Below, one piece after another: positions 1-6,186 of a stretch of 37,172 nucleotides of DNA. The DNA is taken from IMG/VR virus record IMGVR_UViG_3300001832_000005, one strand, 5' to 3'. The stretch's first letter is position 1. Every line of letters starts with the position of its first letter. The stretch comes from a virus. A model generated the notes under the pieces. That model saw only the letters and a list, made by a program, of their open reading frames with translations, ran no database searches and had not been told where the DNA came from. A program made the position numbers and the translations under genes.

Positions 1-21
1 CTGGAACAGGTAGAGTCGGGT
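1..21. repeat. 21-nt terminal overlap identical to 37152..37172; circular closure of the contig
   Basis: CTGGAACAGGTAGAGTCGGGT is read at both window ends, and an ORF continues in frame across the junction. Confidence 0.9.
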
Positions 22-360
22 CTGGGAGCTTCGGAATCTTCTGCTGAAGAAGAAAAATCATCTTCAAAGGAGGAAGGGTTAGAAGTAACACCAGAGACAA
101 TACCGACAAACCTGCCAACCACCAAAGAAATTTTATCAAGTGAAGAACCTGTAGCTACATTTAATATACCTTTTTTTGGGGAAATGCCTATACCTGCCCC
201 AGAGGTTATAGCATCAAGTGTAATAGCAGCAGGTACAGCAAGCGTTGTCAGCGTAGCAGGAGGTATTGCTATGCAGAGTGTCTTAGCTTTTATCAAGAAA
301 ACATTTAAAAAGATGTTTACTAAGGTTCTTAAGAAAGAGATTGCAGATAGAAATAAATAA
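1..360 (+). CDS. 3' part of wrap-around ORF (5' part at 37044..37172): Pro/Ser/Glu-rich protein with a C-terminal transmembrane anchor
   Basis: Frame 1 is open from nt 1 to TAA at 358-360. Hydrophobic stretch VIASSVIAAGTASVVSVAGGIAMQSVLAFI is followed by a Lys-rich tail KKTFKKMFTKVLKK. It sits after the fibre genes, where T7 has holin 17.5. Confidence 0.55.
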   Translation: MEQVESGLGASESSAEEEKSSSKEEGLEVTPETIPTNLPTTKEILSSEEPVATFNIPFFGEMPIPAPEVIASSVIAAGTASVVSVAGGIAMQSVLAFIKKTFKKMFTKVLKKEIADRNK

Positions 361-410
361 GATATACTGAAATTCAGGCGAGTGTACCTGCTTGATCTCT
401 CTTAAATATT

Positions 411-499
411 GTGGGAACTTTCTTTAAGATGAACTCAAGAATCCGTCAATGCCCTTGCAGTGGTCAACGGATTTATGAAACGAACACAAGTGGGAACTT
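411..499. repeat. Two copies of GTGGGAACTT (411-420, 490-499) flanking a hairpin
   Basis: Exact 10-mer read twice, 79 nt apart, in the gap between convergent genes. The extended similarity is GTGGGAACTTTCTTTAA vs GTGGGAACTTGTTTAAT. Confidence 0.6.
439..474. terminator. Hairpin in the convergent intergenic gap; possible bidirectional terminator
   Basis: GAATCCGT (439-446) pairs with ACGGATTT (467-474), 7 bp plus a G-T pair, with a 20-nt loop and only a short T run. Weak as an intrinsic terminator. Confidence 0.3.
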
Positions 500-506
500 G
501 TTTAAT
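497..506. repeat. Left copy of 10-bp direct repeat CTTGTTTAAT bracketing the minus-strand cassette
   Basis: Exact match to 1637-1646; lies 21 nt beyond the stop of the last cassette gene. Confidence 0.7.
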
Positions 507-527
507 TCGTAACTCCTCTACAGAGCG

Positions 528-1061
528 TTACTCGCCTTTAAATTTTTCGGGATTAGCTTTAACATAACTTCGTATATTAATGACATCACTACAGATGTAT
601 GCGTATTTAGAAGCAGGGTTTATCATATAGCCACTTGCGTGAAGCTGCTGACATTTCAAAATACGAACGAGGTGTTTATCATGCACTTGCTTGTCTAGTT
701 CTTCTTTGGCTAGGTCTAGCTTTACTTTTGCTAATTCGTTACAAGTTTGATTATCTCCCAGAGGTATCATAAAACTCATCTGTACTCCCCAACCTTCGTT
801 TATAGAATATGTTTCTTCGCCTTGTGCATCATTTCCTGTATAAAAAGGAGTTACAGCCAAAGTAGGTTGACTACAAACTAAGTTTCCAAACTGCTGTTTA
901 CCTGTCATTCCATTATTAATATTCATATTCTGGTTAATAATACTAGAATTACCAACCGCATTTGGTTGAGCCTGTACGTTTGTATCGCCTTCGGCTCTTG
1001 CTTTATTACTGACTAAAGACAGACAAAGAAGTGATAACGCTAGTAGTCGTAATCGCATCAT
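528..1061 (-). CDS. Exported protein of unknown function (177 aa) with a cleavable-type signal peptide
   Basis: N-terminus MMRLRLLALSLLCLSLVSNKARA/EGD, an Asn/Gln-rich segment, 5 Cys in the mature part, and a Lys/Glu helical segment (NELAKVKLDLAKEELDKQ). No family recognised. Confidence 0.7.
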   Translation of the reverse strand: MMRLRLLALSLLCLSLVSNKARAEGDTNVQAQPNAVGNSSIINQNMNINNGMTGKQQFGNLVCSQPTLAVTPFYTGNDAQGEETYSINEGWGVQMSFMIPLGDNQTCNELAKVKLDLAKEELDKQVHDKHLVRILKCQQLHASGYMINPASKYAYICSDVINIRSYVKANPEKFKGE

Positions 1062-1371
1062 TCTGTGTAATTTGTTCTATTTTATCTCCTGCTGATCTTG
1101 TGGTTACTTGTAATGACCAATCAGCAGTAGCAGTATTGGGAGTAAAAATTGCATCTGAATGTGTTATACCACCAGATGAAGCACTTGTAACAGAAATATT
1201 TGATGCTTCCCAACTGGACAGGGCAGACCCATATTTCTCAGTAACGATAGATCGTGTAATAGTCTGAGTAGTATTTTCTGTGCGGTTGCTAGAGCCAGTA
1301 GTCCACGTTGGTACTCCGTTTGCGTAGCAAGGAGCAACTAAAAATAAACCTAGTAGTAATAGTTTTTTCAT
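1006..1371 (-). CDS. Exported Ser/Thr-rich protein of unknown function (121 aa)
   Basis: N-terminus MKKLLLLGLFLVAPCYA/NG (signal peptide; VAPC is only a poor lipobox). ATGA overlap with the upstream gene and 56-nt overlap with the downstream gene. Confidence 0.65.
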   Translation of the reverse strand: MKKLLLLGLFLVAPCYANGVPTWTTGSSNRTENTTQTITRSIVTEKYGSALSSWEASNISVTSASSGGITHSDAIFTPNTATADWSLQVTTRSAGDKIEQITQNDAITTTSVITSLSVFSQ

Positions 1372-1622
1372 TTGATACCTACCTTGTTTTTACTATTATC
1401 CACTATTTTAGGAGAATTGCCATTTTTCTTTTGACCAACAGAAATTCCATAAGAACCTAGCACACCACTTACTAGACCTGCGGTAAATGCTCCGTCAATC
1501 CTTACCTTACCCATATACCCTAAAGTCATCATTGATAAACTCCAACTTAAAATTAGAAATCGGACAGCGTGACCAAACAGATCGCCCCAATCAAAACCTT
1601 CTTTTTCTTCTTTTTCTTCCAT
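1368..1622 (-). CDS. Small two-TM membrane protein with class II holin-like architecture (84 aa)
   Basis: Acidic N-terminus MEEKEEKEGFD, two hydrophobic helices (AVRFLILSWSLSMMTLGYMG and GAFTAGLVSGVLGSYGISVG), and a Lys-rich C-tail. Confidence 0.6.
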   Translation of the reverse strand: MEEKEEKEGFDWGDLFGHAVRFLILSWSLSMMTLGYMGKVRIDGAFTAGLVSGVLGSYGISVGQKKNGNSPKIVDNSKNKVGIK

Positions 1623-1636
1623 GAAAAGTTAAGACT

Positions 1637-1646
1637 CTTGTTTAAT
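1637..1646. repeat. Right copy of 10-bp direct repeat CTTGTTTAAT bracketing the minus-strand cassette
   Basis: Exact match to 497-506; lies 14 nt beyond the start codon of the first cassette gene. Confidence 0.7.
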
Positions 1647-1672
1647 ACTACCAAGTTAGCTATGTTTGGAAA
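1645..1672 (-). promoter_or_regulatory. Candidate sigma70-type promoter for the minus-strand cassette
   Basis: The minus strand reads TTTCCA, 16 nt, TGgTAGTAT (extended -10), about 25 nt upstream of the ATG at 1622. Judged by eye only. Confidence 0.35.
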
Positions 1673-1854
1673 GTAACACAATAGTTATTATGCTAAAAAT
1701 CTTAAAACCAATACTACTAAAATTCTTTACCACTACTGCTGTAAAGAGATTAGTAGTCGATTTGCTTAGAGCAATCTGCAAACAAACTACCAACACGTTA
1801 GATGATCGTGCTGTGGATATGTTGGAGCAACAACTATTCCCAAAACTGAACTGA
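1666..1854 (+). CDS. Hypothetical small protein (TTG start at 1666, or ATG at 1690)
   Basis: ORF track entry. No SD and no family recognised. Diverges from the minus-strand cassette. Confidence 0.5.
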   Translation: MESNTIVIMLKILKPILLKFFTTTAVKRLVVDLLRAICKQTTNTLDDRAVDMLEQQLFPKLN

Positions 1855-1855
1855 T

Positions 1856-2164
1856 ATGAACAATAGAGAATTTTTCAATGTTCTTATTGGTAATCCTCCT
1901 CCAGAAGTAGAGCTAGAAATAGAAATAAAATGCAGGGAGGTTAAAGAACTACCAGACTTTGTTATTAAAGACTATTGTTGTGACCTTGTAAAACAGATAA
2001 GACTACAAGATATGTTACTTATGGCATCACTTATAAAGATTTCTGAAGCAGAAACTAGGAATTATCATCTTGAAAGAGAGCTAAAACAATATAGAAAGAT
2101 ACAAAAACAAGGATTACTAGGTAAAGTTAGGTATGTATTGTTTGGCAATAGAGCTAAAAAGTGA
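1856..2164 (+). CDS. Hypothetical protein with a coiled-coil C-terminal half (102 aa)
   Basis: ORF packed 1 nt after the previous stop. Confidence 0.55.
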   Translation: MNNREFFNVLIGNPPPEVELEIEIKCREVKELPDFVIKDYCCDLVKQIRLQDMLLMASLIKISEAETRNYHLERELKQYRKIQKQGLLGKVRYVLFGNRAKK

Positions 2165-2191
2165 TTATATTAAACAAAAAAGCTAGTAATT

Positions 2192-2413
2192 ATGGATAGA
2201 AATTTAAAATTACTAAAGACCATACATTATGAGTTGGCTAAACATATACTTGATCTGATAAAAAGTGGCGAAGCAAAGGCAGGAGACTTAAACGTAGCTA
2301 GACAATTTTTAAAAGATAATGGTATCGAGTGTATTCCTGTAGAAAATAACCCAATAGAAGACCTTATGACCAATTTACCAGACCTAGAGACTATCCCTCC
2401 TAGCGAATTATAA
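2192..2413 (+). CDS. Probable terminase small subunit (T7 gp18 position)
   Basis: 73-aa ORF abutting the large terminase gene. The call rests on synteny and size. Confidence 0.5.
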   Translation: MDRNLKLLKTIHYELAKHILDLIKSGEAKAGDLNVARQFLKDNGIECIPVENNPIEDLMTNLPDLETIPPSEL

Positions 2414-4135
2414 TTGCAAGAACTACCAGAAAAGCTACTTGACTTTAGATATTTCTTAATCGTTACTTGGAGACATCTAAACCTACCAGACCCTACACCT
2501 GTTCAGCTAGATATAGCAGAATATCTACAACATGGGGCTAGAAGAAAGATCATACAGGGGTTTCGTGGGGTAGGTAAGAGTTGGATTACCAGTACTTATG
2601 TTGTTTGGCGATTAAGAATAGACCCACAACTAAAGTTTCTTGTGGTATCCGCTAGTAAAGACAGGGCTGATAACTTTACTACCTTTACTATGCGTCTTAT
2701 AAACGAGATGCCTATACTAGCTCCACTAATCCCCAGAGATGACCAGAGAAACAGTAAGGTAAGTTTTGATGTAAGACCTGCCAGTGCCGATCATGCACCC
2801 TCTTGTTCCTCTAAAGGGGTCTTATCGCAGCTTGCAGGGAGTCGTGCTGATGAAGTCATAGCAGATGATTGCGAAGTACCTAACAACAGCTTTACGCAGC
2901 CTATGAGAGACAAACTAGGCGAAGCTGTAAAAGAATTTGAAGCGATATTAAAACCAAACGGAAAGATTACCTTCCTTGGTACACCACAAGTAGAAAATAG
3001 TTTGTACCTAACACTAGAAGAACGTGGCTATGAAACACGAATATGGACAGCTAGGTACCCAAACCATAAAAACAACTATGGAGATCGCCTTGCTCCTCGT
3101 ATTGCAAAGAACTTATCAGAAGGAATTGCAGAACCAAAAGACCCTGTTGACCCTATAAGGTTCTCAGCCATTGATCTAATGGAGCGTGAAGCGTCTTATG
3201 GGCGATCAGGGTTCAATCTACAGTTCATGCTCGATACGACCCTTTCAGACCAAGATAGATACCCCTTAAAAATTAACGACCTAATAATTATGTCGGTCAA
3301 TAAAGAATACGCACCTGAAAAAGTTATATGGTCTAACTCTCCTGAGTATGTAATTACTGATTTACCCTGCGTTGGATTCAATGGAGACAGGTATCATAGA
3401 CCTGCACAGGAGTTCGGAGACTACATTGAATACACTGGCAGCGTAATGTTCGTTGACCCCTCTGGTACAGGAAAAGATCAGACAGCTATATCCTGTGTAA
3501 AGATGCTAAATGGTAACTTATTCGTTACAGAGTGCTTCGGTTTGTCGGGAGGTTACTCCGATAGAGTCCTAGAACGCATAGCTAGAACCGCAAAAGTCAA
3601 TAAAATCAACACGATAATCGTAGAACAGAACTTTGGTGGTGGTATGTTTTCACAATTACTAAAACCTTTTCTAATGACTTACCACCCTTGCGAAGTAAAA
3701 GACGTGCGAAATACCAAAACTAAAGAATTACGCATAATCGACACTTTAGAACCTGTAATGAACTCTCATAGACTTATTATTGACCGCAAAGTTATAGATA
3801 ATGACTTTAGATCAAACCCTGATGAGACTCCTGAAAGAAGACTTAAACTACAACTTGCCTATCAACTTAGTCGTATCTCTAGGAACAAAGGTTCGCTAGT
3901 TCATGATGACCTTTGTGACTCACTTGCAGGTGCAGTTGCCTATTGGACAGACTATATGGCTCAAACTGAAGACATGAATATCGCTAAAAGACATGATGAA
4001 TTACTTAATACACACCTAGAAAACTGGGGTGCTTTAGTAAATAACACAATATCTCAATCCGCTATGGGTATGACTCCTACTCAGATAAGAAATTCTAATG
4101 TACCTAATGATGGTTTCATAAGCGGAGCTTATTAG
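2414..4135 (+). CDS. terL: Terminase large subunit (T7 gp19-like)
   Basis: Walker A-like FRGVGKSWITS, and D-rich nuclease motifs (VIADDCE, MFVDPSGTGKDQTA). Apparent TTG start directly after the upstream TAA. Confidence 0.92.
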   Translation: MQELPEKLLDFRYFLIVTWRHLNLPDPTPVQLDIAEYLQHGARRKIIQGFRGVGKSWITSTYVVWRLRIDPQLKFLVVSASKDRADNFTTFTMRLINEMPILAPLIPRDDQRNSKVSFDVRPASADHAPSCSSKGVLSQLAGSRADEVIADDCEVPNNSFTQPMRDKLGEAVKEFEAILKPNGKITFLGTPQVENSLYLTLEERGYETRIWTARYPNHKNNYGDRLAPRIAKNLSEGIAEPKDPVDPIRFSAIDLMEREASYGRSGFNLQFMLDTTLSDQDRYPLKINDLIIMSVNKEYAPEKVIWSNSPEYVITDLPCVGFNGDRYHRPAQEFGDYIEYTGSVMFVDPSGTGKDQTAISCVKMLNGNLFVTECFGLSGGYSDRVLERIARTAKVNKINTIIVEQNFGGGMFSQLLKPFLMTYHPCEVKDVRNTKTKELRIIDTLEPVMNSHRLIIDRKVIDNDFRSNPDETPERRLKLQLAYQLSRISRNKGSLVHDDLCDSLAGAVAYWTDYMAQTEDMNIAKRHDELLNTHLENWGALVNNTISQSAMGMTPTQIRNSNVPNDGFISGAY

Positions 4136-4153
4136 GTTGCACTATAGGAGATT
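4130..4153 (+). promoter_or_regulatory. Phage single-subunit RNAP promoter candidate (SP6/K11/T7-like), +1 at G4147
   Basis: TATTAGGTTGCACTATAGGAG matches the remembered SP6 promoter ATTTAGGTGACACTATAGAAG at 16 of 21 positions. The CACTATAGG core is identical to T7. It overlaps the terL stop codon. Confidence 0.65.
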
Positions 4154-4256
4154 CCTCCGTATGGGTTGAGGTAGTTGTCTGATCGCAGCTACCTCGTACA
4201 CACTAAGATTACACTAGGATTATCTGAGTGGCGTCTATCCATCTCGTACAAAGATT
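4140..4256 (+). repeat. Cluster of short direct repeats and a hairpin in the presumed genome-end region
   Basis: CACTATAGGAGATT (4140), CACTAAGATT (4201) and CACTAGGATT (4212). CTCGTACA at 4193 and 4243. Hairpin GAGGTAG/CTACCTC at 4168-4195. Confidence 0.7.
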
Positions 4257-4456
4257 TTCCTGTGTGATCTTATCCAGAAAAAATTTTGGCAAAAAAATCT
4301 GAAGCCCTTACACTTCTCTCGGAAGTGCGATCTCCCCGTCTTGATTTTTTTATTTTCTTTGAGATTCTTCGATATTTGACATTTAATAAGTCAAAACCAC
4401 TGCTATGACTACAGTTTCAGAATATTACTACTATTCTTGAGGCTCTTCTGGTCAAA

Positions 4457-4616
4457 ATTTTTTATATATGCTTTTGTTTTTTCTTTTAATCGGTATGGGG
4501 TCAGGGATAAAAAATATAAATCAAAGAGAATAAAAAATATATATATAGGGATTCAAAAAGAAAAGAAAAAAAGAAACTAAAAGAAACAAAAAAGAAACTC
4601 AATAAAAAACTAAAAG
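4457..4616. repeat. AT-rich dyad with phased A-tract repeats; origin-like region
   Basis: T-rich arm 4457-4488, GC island CGGTATGGGGTCAGGG, (TA)5 at 4538-4547, a polypurine tract, and AAGAAAC at 4571, 4581 and 4592 (10-11 nt phasing). Confidence 0.45.
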
Positions 4617-4632
4617 TTGGTTATCAGGTAAA

Positions 4633-4656
4633 CAATGTTACAGAATGTAAACATTG
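4633..4656. promoter_or_regulatory. Inverted repeat CAATGTT-N10-AACATTG upstream of the early promoter; possible operator
   Basis: Perfect 7-bp arms read directly. Confidence 0.3.
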
Positions 4657-4716
4657 AATTTAATTAGTGATAGCAAAGGGAGTCAAAGAAAAAGGGAAAT
4701 AAATTAGCTGAGTTAG

Positions 4717-4746
4717 TTGACATACTGTATGCAGTAGGTTTATTGT
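4717..4746 (+). promoter_or_regulatory. Candidate host sigma70-type early promoter
   Basis: TTGACA (4717-4722), 18 nt, TATTGT (4741-4746), about 55 nt upstream of the first early gene. Confidence 0.45.
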
Positions 4747-4801
4747 AAAGCTATCAGGTTCAATACTTGATTTGCTTTAACCAATTTAAACAACCAAAAC
4801 C

Positions 4802-5761
4802 ATGACTATTTCAAAACCAAGAGTAAAAGTTGAAGAGGAAATTCTTAATGACTTCATGAGAATCCTAGAGGAGAACAAAGATTCTAGGAATCCTTGGTCT
4901 AAACCTTGGACTCCTAGCTCTTCGGAGGGTCACATTAATTTCCTTACTGGTAACAAATATCAGGGCATGAATGTAATTATTCTTGAGATGTATCAATTCT
5001 CAAAAGGTTATGAACTACCTTGTTGGATAGGCTACCAACAGGCAAAAAAAGAGTTCAACTGCGTGCCTAGAAAAGGCTCAAAAGCTGCTCGCATAGTACG
5101 TCCTAATCCTATCAAGATTGATGCTAAAGATGACAACGGCAACCCTATTCTTGACAAAGAGGGCAACCCAGAATTTTTCATGAAAATGACATTCAAGGGT
5201 GCCACTGTTTTCAATATCGCTGACCTAGTAGGTCTTGATGATAAAGCTCAAGAAAAGCTAGACCAAAAAATTGCAAGCTTCAAAACTAAATGTGTTGAAA
5301 ATGCAAGGCCACTTGCTGAAAGATGCAAAGCTGCTCATGATCGCTTGATGATCTTTAAAGATGAGCTAGAGGGCGGTCTAAATCATGGCTCAGATTCAGC
5401 CTACTACAGGCACGATCTTGACTCAGTGACCATGCCAAATAGGGAAGACTTCAAGAATGATGAAGCTTATCTTTCAACACTGGCTCATGAGTTTGCTCAT
5501 GCTACAGGTCATAAGGATAGATTGAATCGTAAGTGGTTAAACAACTACGCTCAATACAGGCCTCAAGAAGAGTTGGTTGCAGAATTCTCAAGCGTGCTTT
5601 TAGCTAATCGCTTACAGATCACTTGCGATACTCAAAACCACGCTTCATACCTTGGCGGTTGGGCTTCAAGAATCAAGGATTCAAAGAACCCTGCTCAAGA
5701 GTTATTCAAGGTCTTTGCATACGCTTCCAAGGCTGCTAATACAGTACTAGGAGAAGCTTAA
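4802..5761 (+). CDS. ArdC-like protein: N-terminal ssDNA-binding-type domain plus C-terminal HExxH zincin domain
   Basis: NPWSKPW...YQGMNVIILE matches the ArdC N-domain pattern. LAHEFAHATGHKDRLNR and EELVAEFSSVLL match the metallopeptidase domain pattern. Confidence 0.75.
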   Translation: MTISKPRVKVEEEILNDFMRILEENKDSRNPWSKPWTPSSSEGHINFLTGNKYQGMNVIILEMYQFSKGYELPCWIGYQQAKKEFNCVPRKGSKAARIVRPNPIKIDAKDDNGNPILDKEGNPEFFMKMTFKGATVFNIADLVGLDDKAQEKLDQKIASFKTKCVENARPLAERCKAAHDRLMIFKDELEGGLNHGSDSAYYRHDLDSVTMPNREDFKNDEAYLSTLAHEFAHATGHKDRLNRKWLNNYAQYRPQEELVAEFSSVLLANRLQITCDTQNHASYLGGWASRIKDSKNPAQELFKVFAYASKAANTVLGEA

Positions 5762-5776
5762 TCCAAGACGATTTCT

Positions 5777-5798
5777 AGGAGGGATTGACCTCCCTCCT
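5777..5798 (+). promoter_or_regulatory. Intercistronic RNA hairpin (8-bp perfect stem)
   Basis: AGGAGGGA ttgacc TCCCTCCT, with no U-tract after it. Confidence 0.5.
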
Positions 5799-5859
5799 TG
5801 AAGTCCTCTAACCAAGAACTTCACAATCAAAAAACTTTAACCAAAAGGAGATTAAAAAA

Positions 5860-6054
5860 ATGGGATTCAATCCTACAATGTTCGATCATCAAAGAGCTTT
5901 CGCAATAGCTCTTTCAACCAACAACAAAGTTGGTCAAATGATGAGATCAGGGCAAGAGATTATGTTTCAATACGGAACAGATACCGAGCTTTGTTTTAAA
6001 AATGCTTTGACTAGAAAAAGCTACTTCTTAAACTACCAAGGGCAGGAGGTCTAA
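5860..6054 (+). CDS. Hypothetical early protein (64 aa)
   Basis: ORF with SD AAGGAG 9 nt upstream. Confidence 0.6.
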   Translation: MGFNPTMFDHQRAFAIALSTNNKVGQMMRSGQEIMFQYGTDTELCFKNALTRKSYFLNYQGQEV

Positions 6055-6057
6055 ACA

Positions 6058-6186
6058 ATGCAAAGAGTAGAAATTATTAATTATGATCGCTTATCAAAAA
6101 GCGACCCACTTTTCCTTAAAGCTATTGAACAAATCAAAAGCCTAGGAATACATGATTCACAACTAAAACAAAAGGAGGTTAAGTAA
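6058..6186 (+). CDS. Hypothetical early protein (42 aa; not in ORF track)
   Basis: ATG at 6058 preceded by GGAGG. It ends in TAA directly before the ATG at 6187 and fills an otherwise unexplained gap. Confidence 0.5.
   Translation: MQRVEIINYDRLSKSDPLFLKAIEQIKSLGIHDSQLKQKEVK

Noticed and set aside
1031-1267. Plus-strand 78-aa ORF inside the antisense cassette, which would restore an all-plus-strand gene layout
   Set aside because: It has no start context and its sequence looks like a shadow frame. The minus-strand frames carry textbook signal peptides and TM helices at their N-termini and are translationally coupled, so they are the real genes.
3196-3381. Minus-strand and alternative-frame track ORFs nested in large genes. 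These are 3196-3381, 5032-5214, 6344-6535, 7157-7390, 8442-8696, 10288-10548, 10961-11173, 11984-12166, 13873-14136, 15096-15380, 16740-17054, 17229-17420, 17637-17993, 19360-19677, 20744-21019, 22063-22899, 27297-27518, 28266-31007, 32801-32995 and 34890-35105
   Set aside because: All are fully embedded in well-supported plus-strand genes with recognisable homology or tight operon packing, and none has an SD or a recognisable motif. They are treated as shadow ORFs.
4571-4598. AAGAAAC repeated three times; considered as a CRISPR-like or iteron array
   Set aside because: The units are 7 nt with 3-4 nt spacers inside a polypurine tract, which is not CRISPR architecture. They are reported only as phased A-tract repeats in the origin-like region.
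4754-4770. A tRNA T-arm-like hairpin (TCAGG TTCAATA CTTGA, with G53/C61/TTC in the right places) that could mark an attP core derived from a tRNA 3' end
   Set aside because: No matching anticodon arm or plausible acceptor strand (TTTGCTT) could be built around it. It also lies exactly at the predicted 5' end of the early mRNA, just downstream of the TATTGT -10 element, where a stabilising hairpin is an equally good explanation. It would only be worth revisiting if a host tRNA match is found.
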